A DNA stretch of 64,000 nt from Takakia lepidozioides (Eukaryota > Plantae > Bryophyta), in NCBI GenBank assembly GCA_030704615.1, contig CM060731.1, positions 59,210,001 through 59,274,000 of the forward strand. Reading direction: 5' to 3'. A program made the translations under genes and the position numbers. The notes under the pieces were generated by a model. It saw nothing but the letters and a program-made list of their open reading frames with translations, had not been told where the DNA came from and searched no databases. Below, in pieces: positions 37,145-49,055 of this stretch; the first letter of the stretch is position 1; each line of letters opens with the position of its first letter.

Positions 37145-38551
37145 CTACTTGAGGAGCCATTTTGCGGCGTGTTCCGCTAATTTTAAATCACCGTGGATTC
37201 TGCAGGAGCCAAGTAAGGCCCCACATACAGACATATCCGGTTCATTTTGCATTTTTTTAAGGAAATCCTCGGCCTTGTCCAATTGCCCCGCTCGGCCAAG
37301 AAGGTCCACCATGCAGCCAAAATGCTCCACCATAGGAGTGAGGCCATGATATTGATTCATGGAACAGTAGTAGTGACATCCTTCATCCACCAGGCCCACA
37401 TGGCTACATGCATAGAGAAGAGCTACAAAGGTGGTACAATTTGGCTTCAAACCTTGCTGTTGCATCTGCTCAAATAAATGAAGGGCCTCCCTACCACACC
37501 CATGCTGGGCACACCCTGTGATCATGGCATTCCATGAGACCACATTTCGTTGAGCCATATTGCCAAAAACACAACGTGCCTCATTTATGCTCCCGCATTT
37601 GGCATACATGTCAACAAGGGCAGTCTCCAAATTGATATCTGATGTTATCCTAGCTTTGAGAGAACTGGCATGGACCTCTTTGCCCATTTCCAGGGCTCCT
37701 AGGCTTGCACATGCACCGAGAGTGCATATAAAGGTGACCCTGTCTGGTGCCACCTCTTCCTGTTGCATCTGTCCATATAGCTCAAAAGCCTCCCTACCAA
37801 AGCCATGCTGAGCATATCCTGTGATCATGGTGTTCCAGGAGACCACGTCTCGTTGAGCCATATTGGCGAACACTTGATGCGCCTCATTCATGCTCCCACA
37901 TTTGGCATACATATTGACAAGGGCATTCTCCAGAATGATGTCACACATAATCCCAGCTTTGATGATGTCAGCATGCACCTCTTTGCCCTTCCCCAGGGCT
38001 CCAAGGCTGGCACATGCATTGAGAACACAAGTGAATGTGACTATGTTGGGCATCATCCCTTCCCCTTGCATTTGCTTATATGTTTTGAAACCATCCACAG
38101 CAAAACCATGCCTGGCATACCCTGCTATCAGTATTGTCCATGTAAACAGATTTCGTTCAGGCATTTTGTCAAACAGCTGGCGCGCATGAGCCATGCTCCC
38201 ACACTTGACATACATGTTAACAATGGTGTTTAGTAGAAATGTACTTGGCTTGAGTCCACTTTTAGTAATGTGGGCATGCACCTGTTTTCCCTCTGATAAA
38301 CTTTTTCCATTCATGCACTGCTGCAAGAGACAGACATAGGTGTTGGGGTCGACCTGAATGTCTGGTTGGTCCAGACGGTGCAGTGCCTCCTTGAGTCCTC
38401 CTGCTTTACGTAGGGTCAAATCCTCACAAGGTGCAAAGGAGGGTTGGTGGACTCCCTCTCCTGATCCTCTTTCAACAGTAGTGGTAATGGTGGAGGTGCT
38501 ACTCCTGCCGCCATTCAGAGGTCCAACAAGAAACGTGGGCAACCCTGCCAT
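37145..38551 (-). CDS. PLS-class pentatricopeptide repeat protein, truncated in E1 (RNA-editing-factor type; possibly a young pseudogene)
   Basis: 468-aa intronless ORF with L-S-P-L-S-P-L-S-P2-L2-S2 motifs (LVNMYAKCGS, VVSWNTMITGYAQHG, HFGCMVDLLGRAG), then ALLGSCRIHG...AAKWLLK*DPHHA, where homology ends. Confidence 0.85.
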   Translation of the reverse strand: MAGLPTFLVGPLNGGRSSTSTITTTVERGSGEGVHQPSFAPCEDLTLRKAGGLKEALHRLDQPDIQVDPNTYVCLLQQCMNGKSLSEGKQVHAHITKSGLKPSTFLLNTIVNMYVKCGSMAHARQLFDKMPERNLFTWTILIAGYARHGFAVDGFKTYKQMQGEGMMPNIVTFTCVLNACASLGALGKGKEVHADIIKAGIMCDIILENALVNMYAKCGSMNEAHQVFANMAQRDVVSWNTMITGYAQHGFGREAFELYGQMQQEEVAPDRVTFICTLGACASLGALEMGKEVHASSLKARITSDINLETALVDMYAKCGSINEARCVFGNMAQRNVVSWNAMITGCAQHGCGREALHLFEQMQQQGLKPNCTTFVALLYACSHVGLVDEGCHYYCSMNQYHGLTPMVEHFGCMVDLLGRAGQLDKAEDFLKKMQNEPDMSVCGALLGSCRIHGDLKLAEHAAKWLLK

Positions 38552-40524
38552 GCTGCATGATTCAAACTCGTAGCTACAAACCTTTACACTTAATCATGTA
38601 ATAAAATACATCTTTAAGCTCCTCGATCCTTTGAAGAAATATCTCTTGGATGAATCTGGACCCAAACTCTACCCCTGCTCCTTCAGCTATCCATGCTCTG
38701 CACAAATCATGCATACATCCTTGCCTTGCTGCTAGCAACTGACAAGGAGAAGAATGGTGCTATTAGACTCAAGTTCCACTACAACTTCTACCGCCATGAG
38801 TATCGTTTTAAGCTGCGATGATCGACGAAAGAACAGAGCCTGCACAGCACAATTCCCGAAGCTAAAAAACCAAAAGACACTCCTAGAGTTGCATGTCGAT
38901 ACCTTGCTTCTGGTCCCCTGGAGGCTGAGAGGGCGTCATAGCGGTAACTTGCAAGGGTGATATGAGCGCTTGCGCCCATTCACCGCGAGGCGAAAGGGCC
39001 TTGGATATGGCCTTTTCCAGGAAACGCAGACGAAGCGGGGATCTTTTTGCACACATAGGCCCTGCCTGCGCCCACTCACCCACCGCTCCTGCTCTTCCTC
39101 CTTACATGGCCCCTCCCTGCTGTCCATCTTCTCCTTCAAATCCAAGCTTCATCACACACCTCATAGCCTCCTTCCATGTGCATATGTGTAGCGACCCTTG
39201 TGCTGGGCACATTAGCAGTTCGCGTAGGCCCTGCAGCCCGGGCGGGCCGTGCTGCAAAGGTTGGCACACGTATGCAGCTAAATTTTCCTCACCATGGAAT
39301 ATCCTCTTTCTTCTCAAGGGTTTTGTGGGGCCATGGATTCTACTAATTCAGAAATGCTCTCTTGTCAGCTTGATGGATGAAAAGTGATGTGTAGGGTAAG
39401 CCTCTGAGTACCGAATGAGCCCCACCATGAGGCGGTAGGGGCGAGTGTAGGTAATCCCCCACACGAGGAGGCTTACCGAGCGTGAAGAACACGCGGGGAA
39501 CGCAGAGGGAACGGTGCAATGCACACGCCAGGCTGGCCAGTGAGTTACACGATCACACGACCCCGTAATCTACCGGCCAGGCTGGGGCGTAGATTCACAG
39601 GTTTAAGTCACTGATTTCCTTTGAGGGAAAAAGCTGAAAGTTCTTTACCAAGTAAAGATTTTCTGACCTATTTTTGGGCTTTTAGCCTTGTCCATGTTAA
39701 GAGCATCCCCACCCTAGACTGAACCCAGTACCAATGTAAGGGATTTTGGGGGCAAATTATGCCTTTTTCGAGGCAAAAGCAAAAGATTGTCGCTCCACTG
39801 GCGATGGCGCATTCTGCATTCCTAATCGGCAGTTTGACTTTCAGCGGCTCATTATGGCCTGCAGCCAATCACACGCCTCGCCTAATCTGCCCCCAAAATT
39901 CCTGTACGCCAGGGAACGCGCCCGTTCTCTAGTACGGAATGGGACAATACACAGATTGGAAGTGGGCGAAAAACGTCCACACCTTTGCCCCTTAACCCTT
40001 TATCCCATAAAAGGCGGGCACTGTATATCATCTGCCACTGAAACTCAGTCAACGTGACCATGGCTGTGTCAGAGAGCACGTCGGTGCTTCCCGCCAGCAG
40101 CACGAGTATGGGAATGCCAGAGGGAATGTATGAGAACAGGGTTGGGAAGGGCGGAGCGGGGGATAGAGTGGGCGACTCAGGAGCCAAGGGTGTGCATAAC
40201 TTGCACTACAACACACCCTATGTAATTTCGACGATTTAGTTTGACGCTAGCGTTGACTGTTGTCACTTTCGACTGTTCCAACCATTTTGCAGTCAAAATT
40301 TATATTAAAATATTTGAGGTGCTAGACAACCGCGAAAATTTTGACTCTAGCGAGAGACTTTGACTACCTAAGATGAGCTGACTAAGACAACCAGTTAAAC
40401 AATGGCACGTGTAATCACAATTCATAAATTATATAGCAATATATATGTGGATAATAAGAAGTTAAAAAAAATAGCTATTTCTTTTTCACTGACCGACCAC
40501 ATTAATAATAAACTAATCGTGTGC

Positions 40525-40785
40525 TGGTTAAGGTTAGTGAAACAAAACAACTGAATTATATGAACGAATGATAAACAAACGCATTGCTCGCAGCTATTGG
40601 ATGAATGTATGAAAGGTTAGTGAAACAAAACAACTGAATTACCTGAACAAGTGATAAACAAACGCCTTGCTGGCAGCTATTGGATGAACGTATGAAATAT
40701 AATTTTTGTGCACTGGATGAACGTATGAACGAACGATAAAGAAAACGCCTTGCTGGCAACTATTGTATGAACGTATGAACGGATG
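40525..40785. repeat. Subterminal direct repeats (aggttagtgaaacaaaacaactgaatt; ggatgaacgtatgaa)
   Basis: Visible duplications inside the left arm of the CACTA. Confidence 0.75.
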
Positions 40786-41109
40786 ATAATGCACTTGGTT
40801 CGAGTTTAGGGTTGCAGTGTGCAGCCTGGCTGGGACTCTGTGTTTTTTGGGTCGGCGTGGTTCAAGAGCTCCGCCGGCTTAGGGACTTAGCGTTTGTTTG
40901 TCTTTGTGCCACCATCTGTGTTTTCTTAAGGTTCACGAACCAGGATAAGCGGTTTCTAAAAGACTAGTATCTTGTTGTGTGCACATGAGAGAGCGGGTGG
41001 GCGGGGGGAGGAGAGAATAGAGAGAGAGAAGTGCCGCGCAACGAGTGTACTGTTTGTGGGATCGACCTGTATGTTTGCTCTTGTTGTGTCGGCCATTGTC
41101 ACGACGTGT

Positions 41110-43030
41110 GCTATATGGGAGCTTTAGAGCGGAGACAGCAGGGAGTGTTCAACAGTATGGCTGAACGAAATGTGGTGTCGTGGAGTGCGATGATTGTAGG
41201 ATATGCACAGCGGGCGCGGGATGGAGGCTTTGCATACATATGAGCACCTTCTTCAACACATTTCAGCCTGTTTTCCCTGTTATCAGGATTCAGAGTCATC
41301 CCTAAATTTTCAGGTTGAATTCTGCAAGTTAGCTCGACGTTGGTGCAAAAAGGTGAATGCCTGTTGGAAGCGCAAATCAGCATAGGAACTAGTGTGAGAA
41401 GTAGGGTTAGGGTGTTTGCTGGAACAAATCTATGTTGTCATTGTCAGCTGCTAGCAGCAAAGCAAGGAGGTATTATGCATGATTTGTGCAGAGGTATGGA
41501 TAGCTGAAGGGGCAGGGATAGAGTGTGGGTCCAGATTCATCCAAAAGGGCTGGATTTCAAGCTCCAGATTACCTATGATTCCATGTGGATCAATAGCTAC
41601 AAGAAACCTGCTGCATGGGTAGATGGTCAAGTAAAGGTAGCACCTGCAGCGGCACAGTTGATAAAATCAGGCACCTCAACCATGATCACAGCTTCTGAAA
41701 GAGGATCAAGAGAGGGAGTCCACAATGCCTCTTCTACTGGGCATGTGAAGATGCTTTGTGAGGCAGGCAGACTAACAGAGGCTCTACAACTTTAAACCAA
41801 CAAGGCATTTCAGCAGATTCAGATACGTCTGTCTGTCTCTTGCTTAAGTGCATGAAGATGAAAGGTCTGGAAGCTGGAAACAGGTGCACACTCACATTAT
41901 CCAAAGTGGATTAATGCCAAATGTTTTTCTACTCAACACCCTTGTCAACATGTATGTTAAGTATGGGAGCATCATGGATGCTCACCAGGTTTTCCACAGA
42001 GTGCCTCAACGATCTTGATCACGTGGAATATAATGTTGGCAGGATTTACCAAGGATGGGTGTGGTAGGAGTGCTTTGGAAATCTATGAGCAACTGTTGCG
42101 CGAAGGGTGAAACCCAACCACATCACATTTGTTTGTGTTTGCCATGCGTGTGCAAGGCTGGGAGCTCTGGAAAAGGGGAAAGAGGTCCATGGTGACATCG
42201 TCAAAATTGGATTTGTACGAGATGTCATTCTGAACACTGCCCTGGTGGACATGTATGCCAAATGTGGGTGCATTAAGGATGCGAAGGGAGTTTTCAACAC
42301 TATGGCTGAACGAGATGTGTCATGGAATGTGGGGGGAATGTGATGCTTGCAGGGTATGCACAGCATGGACATGGTATGGCGGCTTTGGAGACCTATGATC
42401 AAATATTGATGGGGGAAGGGGTGAAGCCCAACCACATCACGTTGCAGCATACTGGTACTTCACAGCCATGCTCTCTCAACCCCTCCATTTTTTTTTCTTT
42501 TGGTTTTTTTGGCGCTGGGAGAGAGCAGTAACTTTGTTGTCTCCTTCCCCTTGCTTATGCCGATCGTTAAAGGGAAATTGTCATTCTGAACTCTGCCTTG
42601 GTGGACATGTATGCCAAATGTGGGTGCAACAAGCCTGATGTGAAGGGAGAGTTTGACAATATGGCTGAACGAGATGTGGTATTTTGGAGTGCCATGATTG
42701 TAAGGTATGTGCAGCATGGGTATGGGATTAAGGCTTTGGAAACATAAGAGCAAATGATGTGGGAAGGGATGAAGCCAGACCAGGCCGTCATGTTCATTTG
42801 TTTTTGTAATATGCATATGCAAGCCTAGCAGTCCTGGGAAGGGGCAACAAGGTTTATGGTGACATTATCCAAGCTGGAATTGTACCAGATGTCATTCTGA
42901 ACATTCCCCTGGTGTACATCTACGTCAAATGTGAGCCTGGCAGCCCTCAAAAGGGCACAAAGGTCCATGATGACATCGTCAAAGCTGGAGTTGTCACTCT
43001 AAACACTGCCTTGGTGGAAATGTATGTCAA
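41110..43030 (+). pseudogene. Patchwork of PLS-PPR fragments, including an N-terminus/leader paralogous to the 37145-38551 gene
   Basis: GVFNSMAERNVVSWSAMIVGYAQ (41140-41210); STMITASERGSREGVH...LCEAGRLTEALQL (41670-41795); KPNHITFVCVCHACARLGALEKGKEVHGDIVK...LVDMYAKCG (42110-42320); further pieces at 42575-43030; many frameshifts. Confidence 0.9.
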
Positions 43031-43603
43031 GGCAGCCCTGGATGTCACTTTGGGTGACAAGGTAGCTGACACCACCATTCTCTGGAACTCATTTTCAAAA
43101 TGATTTCTAATGTTCTCTTGACATGTCCACGATAGTGCTGGACCTAGCTGCACAGCAGATTATCCTTACTCAATGACTTCAGTTGGGCAGTGATCTATGG
43201 ATATGGCAACATGGCCCTCATGTTGGTCATTTGTAGAATGTGGCCAAAACTTGTTTAGCAAAACACTCTTGATATAAACCAGTTTTGAGCCATCCAAATG
43301 TTTTTGGTTCCGACCTGTATTTGTATTCTATGTTTTGTTGTATTTGTAATATATTTTCAATGCAGTGCAGCGAATCAAAAAATTTACACTAATTCACATA
43401 CGCACAGATATAAACTAAAAGTAAATGAATAAAACGAAATAACAGTAATAAACAAAAAAAAACCAAAATATTAAATAAAAAGCCTCCCAATTCATTTATT
43501 TATTTATTTATATTTATATTTATATATGTATATACACCCCCGTGTAACATATTTACTAAAATGTGTCCTCTTTTACTGCTTCACAGTAGAATATTACACT
43601 ATA

Positions 43604-43775
43604 AAGATAAAGTTTCTTTAACGTCCAGTGAATTTACAGAGCCTACTGCTCAACACCCGGGCCAAAGGCCCATTGGACGGTCTGAAGGCACATGTTGAAG
43701 GATTGAACCCAGGATCACCTAGGTTATGCACAGGCAAGGCACAAATACCCAACCACTGGGCTACCTGCTCAAGTG
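43604..43775 (-). mobile_element. tRNA-derived SINE, full-length copy
   Basis: A box TAGCCCAGTGG, B box GGTTCAATCC, tail (CTTTAT)n, flanked by a CACTATA direct repeat (43597-43603, 43776-43782). Confidence 0.8.
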
Positions 43776-44422
43776 CACTATACAAAGTCAAGCAAACTCA
43801 CTATCACTGATTTACAGTCAAACCGTATACTAAACATCACGGAACGCAGTCAATATGTTCCACTTCAGTTGAACCACTTTACTACACGTCATGCATCCAT
43901 GTCACTCTGCCCTTGAGCCACTCACTACACGTCATGCATCCACCTTATAATTCAATTAAACCATTTTACTACACGTCATAGCCACGTCATAGCCATGTCG
44001 CGTCATATTGTGCTGCCTACACGTCACCCCCTAGGTTTTATTGTCACATTTCACTGTCAGAACCTGGCATCTGGCTTGACTGAAACGACTTGATCTTTGT
44101 CATGCATGTTCGACTATGGAGGCTGGGAGTAAAAATGTCGCAAACGACTCAAAAATGAGTCAAATACAGAGTCGAAAAGCCCAGCTTGTATTGTAGTGTT
44201 GAGACTAGTGCCCCGCTACAAAATCCAACAAGGCCATCACATTATCTGTAGCGTTACAGGGAGCCTTTCGAGCTGAAGGGTGGGGATGCTCTAAGAGTGT
44301 TGTGATAAGCGAGACTGAAACTGATGTGTGGTTTGAGGTCCTGTAACTGACAAGCTCATTAGATGGGGGCATATGGCTGTTTAGATTAGACTATTCTACT
44401 TATTTTAATCTATGGGGGCTTG

Positions 44423-44565
44423 GGCTCTAAAGGTGAGAAGAATGGAGGAATGAAGTGTTAAGGAAGGAGCCAAAGGCGCAGTTGCATTGAGGTGGATAAC
44501 CAAGTGCATACATTTGTTGTAGACGACAAAATGCATCCACGATATGAGGAAATCACATTGAGCTG
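44423..44565 (+). pseudogene. PPR E2/E+ (PG-box) fragment
   Basis: ALKVRRM.EE*SV.KEP.RSCIEVDNQVHTFVVDDKMHPRYEEI, with frameshifts. Confidence 0.85.
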
Positions 44566-44806
44566 CGTGAGCACAGTGTGAGCATGCTCACGTGAGCACA
44601 ACCCATGGTCATGGGAGTTTTATGTTTTTTTTAATCTCGGTCATAGGAGTTATATGTTTCCAAAACGGAAAAAATCATAAGCGGGTATAGAGGATCAGTG
44701 CATATATACGGTACATCTGCACCAATTTAGTGAGGCGAAAACTTCAGTAGTGTAGCCAGAAACCCTAAACTTATAGCGACAGCAACAAATTTCGCATTGA
44801 GAAAGA

Positions 44807-45285
44807 CTTGGTGATATGGGCACAAACCTATGCAGCGGTGGGTTTCGCATTGAGAAACCCTTACTGGTATTTGAGAACTTGTAGGTGGCAGTGTGGCAAT
44901 CACCACACACATGAAGGTTATTCAAGACATGGATAGATGTCCCAGTGGAGCGGTTATTAGCCCAAAGGCACTGCCACCTTCTCACCTTGTAGCAAAGAGA
45001 ATGTTCTTTTTGCTCCTCCTTCAAATCACGTGCAACACAAAACATGTGTTTGGTAGGTACCTTGCCTCGAGGTTGGGTAGCTCGTGAGCATGCTCATGTG
45101 AGCACAAGGGCATATTCTCCGAATTTCCACGAAATTTCCGCGGAATTTCCACAGCGAAACGAAAATACTTGGTGACATGGGCACAAACCTATGCAGCGGT
45201 GGGTTTCGCATTGGGAAACCCTTATTAGTACTTGGTGATATGGCCACAAACCTATGCAGCGGTGGGTTTCACATTGAGAAACCCT
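44807..45285. repeat. Three copies of a ~62-bp repeat (acttggtgatatgggcacaaacctatgcagcggtgggtttcgcattgagaaaccct)
   Basis: Copies at about 44807-44868, 45167-45228 and 45229-45285. Confidence 0.9.
44870..45083 (-). pseudogene. DYW cytidine-deaminase domain fragment, inverted relative to the adjacent E+ fragment
   Basis: EARYLPNTCFV..DLKEEQKEHSLCY..EK.A..FGLI...GTSIHVLNNLHVCGDCHTAT. HSE is degenerate, CxxCH is intact, and the terminal DYW is missing. Confidence 0.85.
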
Positions 45286-47834
45286 CGTGTGAAGTTATCC
45301 TTCAGTGTGATTTCTTCTCAGGCTATTTGGTACAAAGTTTCCTTGTGAGAAATTAGCCATGGGCGAGGACCTACAATTTGAGGTGAACTCTCACCGCACA
45401 CTCTCACGCCTGTTATGGAGAAAAAGCCACGCCTAAAGGGTAATATGTTCATCAGGTATAGGGGCTACTTGTTCTTTATGTGTTAGTTTTGCATAATGTT
45501 TACTTTCATCTCAAGGATTGTCGGCCAAACAGTTTTTGTATGAGGTGCCAACCGGTTTCACCACTTTGAGGACTCCTTCTAGGGGTGGGGATGGTTGTCA
45601 TTATGGGCACAACATTGGGAATATTGGTGGACATAGCCATGCAATTCAATGGAGTCTTATCGAATGATGTAAACCGTGATGTAACCTAAAGCCAAGGTTC
45701 TTATATATGTTCTTCATGACATCGTCACATTTTGTATCATTCCGGGGACCTGATGTACGTCATGTATTAGGTCATAGACATGGAGACACGGAGTAGTGGG
45801 CATCATGTTGCTCCTTAGTGTTTCGTTGTGGTCACCTTTCCCTATAGTCATTCTTCATATTTCTTCATGTCTTTTTGTCACATCTATCCTACCAGCTTAG
45901 TGGTTCTTGGTGATCATTCCCTATGGTCATTATGTGTGATTCTTAGTGTATCCCTCTGACATCTTTCGGTCATCTTCCTTTTACTTTTCACGCTATTCCA
46001 TTCGGCAATGGACTTCCACGCATATGTTGCAGCTTTCGTCCACGATGGGCTCACCCTATGTACTGCATTATCATGTAATGAGATGAAAGTTAAAGTACTG
46101 TCCAAGGTAGGATCATGTGCAGGGCAGGACAAGGCATGGACATATCGTTTTGAAGAGGGGAAATGCACAATGACGGTGGAATTGGCATCACTATTGGAGT
46201 ATGCCTACACCATGGATGAAGACATGCAAACGACAATCCTCGTCTTGCATGTGATGATGGGCCTTGTTGACAAAGTTGTGCTCCACACCTACAAGGGAAT
46301 GAGCGAGACGTATAATGGAATGTGCGTGGAGTGGGGAGAGCAATCCCTATGGAGGCACCATGGGTTTAGGACATCCTAGCATGGATTCCAGAATTCATGT
46401 GGATGTCTTTGTGGATTGTCCTCCACCGCATCCAGTAGAATAGGACGACACACTTCCCTATGTCTTTTGATGTAATCTGATGGGCCTTCCCCTGGTACCA
46501 CCAAAAATTGCATGCCCTTGCACTCAGTGAGTAGCAGTCCAGTTTTGAGGTTGAGGATGTTTTAGGTTCTTGAACTTTTATTTGAAAAGCACATGTTGCT
46601 TTGAAACTGTAATCAAGGAGAAACAAGCGCTCTCCAGGCTATGCGAAACGACCCTCTATATAGAAGAAGTGCTATGGATGAAGTGATCTATTCAGCCTCT
46701 CTTCCCATTATGCGACTAATAGATGGGGCCCCTCCCAACAACTTATCCCTCAATACATGTATTTGAAGTTGGAAAATGGGAAATCCTTGAGCCCGCACCT
46801 AATGTTTTTGTATTTACATGGCAGACTCTAATGCCAAACAAACTTTGATGTTGTGTACAAGAAATTTTATACAATACTATGGAGACCTCTTGATATACGA
46901 GTATGGATTGCTAGTCCACATACTAGATATCCTATCTGTATGTTGCAGCACCCTCTTGATAGCGGGGCCCAACTCTTTGCCTCCGGACCAAGACGTCGGA
47001 CCAAGACCAGCCCAAGAGTGTCACTTCTTGGTCCCACGATTTCTTGGTCTTGGTTCCTAGTGTAAACTGGCCCTTAGTAGAGGTTTCTCTCCTCTTCCCA
47101 CATGTATTATTAGAATTGTATAAATATTTGAATTAATTTTTATTTGCAAGTCTCTCGTGATGGTAGTAAGAGCTTGAATTTGACGACCTTTGTCATATCT
47201 AGTGGTGTGAATGACTATATTGAAGTCTGGAAGACATGCATGGAAATGAGTGAACTAGCCCCGAGCTGTTTGTTTGTTCCGTGTGTGAAGCTAGGCCTAC
47301 TTCTTTGCAATGTATCTTTTTCTTTCTGTCGTCTATAGTCTATACATGTGGATTTTTAGGAAGTACGGACAACTTCTTTGATGGAAAAACAATGACAATC
47401 ATTTAGCATATATGGCAAATTGGGAAACATCAAACATAGAGAAATGCATCACATATCCAATTGGATGGAGGTATTAGGGTAGATTGAAAGAGATTTTTCA
47501 AAAGAGCTATAATGAGTGCACAACAAATGGTTGACATGATGCTACATTTACCCTATTTTTGCGAATATTTACAGAGGATACTGTACATTATACTAAGACT
47601 TCATCACGAAGGCCCTGGTTAGAAGGTGGGCACCTTCCAAATGGAAGGCATAAGCCTTTTGGGGTGAGGTGACACCGTAAATTATGCCAGATTTGGAAGG
47701 AGTCTTTCTTTCAGTTTAGGGATGGGTATAAATCCGTGGTTAGCACTCAAATCTTAGAATTATATTATATATTTCCGTTGATGAAGATTCATTATTATTA
47801 TTTATACAATATTTATATAATTTTTTTGATACTT

Positions 47835-49021
47835 AAGAACATTGAATCTGAAGGGCGGCTTGAGTACGAAGGACCTCTTTGTGGGTTGTGTTTACATGCC
47901 CACAGAGGGGACCCTTAGTGCTGACGCAGACAAAGGCTTCGAAGATGTAAAACTGGACTGTGCTTCGTTCCTTGCCAAAGGTCAGGTGGTGCTATTGGGT
48001 GACTTCAATGCCCGGGTGGGCAAAGGGCTCCATCAGGATGATATCGCTTGGCCTTCTGGTGAGGACGAGCTGAATTCTAATGGCAGACGGTTAATTAACT
48101 GTCTGGAAGAGCTTCATCTTTTGACCTTGAATAACAGGACAAGAGGTGACCAAGTGCAGTGGACTCGTGAGAAATCCCAAACTGGGGAACGTTCCATTGT
48201 AGACTATATCATAATGGACAAAAATTTGTTCCCCCAGTGTGCGAATGTGTTGATTGACAGAACTAATATTGGTACCTCTGACCACTTCCTGGTTTGGACT
48301 GAGATCAAAAGGTGTTTTCCCAACACCAGAGTGAAAGAGATTCTCAAGGACCTGGACTTGGATCCGCAAGTCTTGACCCTGCTGGATAAATCCGACTTAG
48401 AGGCTGTAGTGTCCAAAGCCATGTCTGTTGCCATGAGATTGTCTAATGAAAATGAAGTTAGGCAGAAAACTTCCCTGAACTTGTTTCCAGTCAGTGACAT
48501 GGGGGAGGACATCATGGATGACCTCAAAGGTCCACCCACTCTCGGCACTAGACTGAAATTTAAACTCAGGGCAGAAAGCCTACCTTTGAACATCAAACAG
48601 AAGCAGAGAGGAAAGGGAGAGTGCACTTCCCATTGTGTGGGCAATTTGAAGACAGTATTCATTTTCTGATACACTGTCCGGGGTTCTCTCATTGATAACA
48701 GATGTACGTTGAAGGTTGCAAAGACCAAAAGTGCTTCTAATAGAGTCCCACATCAATTCAATCTCAAAGAAGTTCGTCCCTTGACTGGCTGGAGAGCGGT
48801 CTTAGACATTGGTGATTCAATGGGGCGCTCTAGGAAGACAACCAAGGGCAAGGACTTCAACTGCAGATGACCAAGTGCAGTGGACTCGTGAGAAATCCCA
48901 AACTGAGGAACGTTCCATTGTGGACTATATCATAATGGACAAAAATTTGTTCCCCCAGTGTGCCAATGTGTTGATCGACAGAACTGATATTGGTACCTCT
49001 GACCACTTCCTGGTTTGGACT
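47835..49021 (+). mobile_element. Internally deleted LINE (RTEX-like): AP-endonuclease joined to the C-terminal region, plus a duplicated endonuclease piece (48866-49021)
   Basis: GCVYMP, VLLGDFNARVG, NSNGRRL, SIVDYI and SDHFLVW, then a jump to [14 protein letters not shown]...RLKFKLRA, which is shared with the copies at 55600-56361 and 62471-63100. Confidence 0.85.
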
Positions 49022-49055
49022 GACTCAAAAGAGGACCTCTTGTGTGTGCCTACTT

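Larger units (their letters stand above)
40204..44198. mobile_element. Non-autonomous CACTA element (Pack-CACTA-like) containing PPR gene fragments
   Basis: TIRs CACTACAACACA (40204) and TGTATTGTAGTG (ending 44198), 11/12 match. 3-bp TSD TTG on both sides (40201-40203, 44199-44201). No transposase inside. Confidence 0.8.

Noticed and set aside
37140-37147. Premature TAG in the PPR as a site repaired by U-to-C editing
   Set aside because: Such editing is organellar, and homology is lost shortly after the stop anyway.
39990-40025. Solo Tc1/mariner-like ends TA|CAGT here, at 4920-4931 and at 43813-43825
   Set aside because: No matching partner TIR within the window, so no element can be delimited.
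44807-45285. Repeat arrays here and at 30150-30660 and 40525-40785 as possible CRISPR-like arrays
   Set aside because: Eukaryotic context, no regular unique spacers and no cas genes; they are transposon subterminal or tandem repeats.
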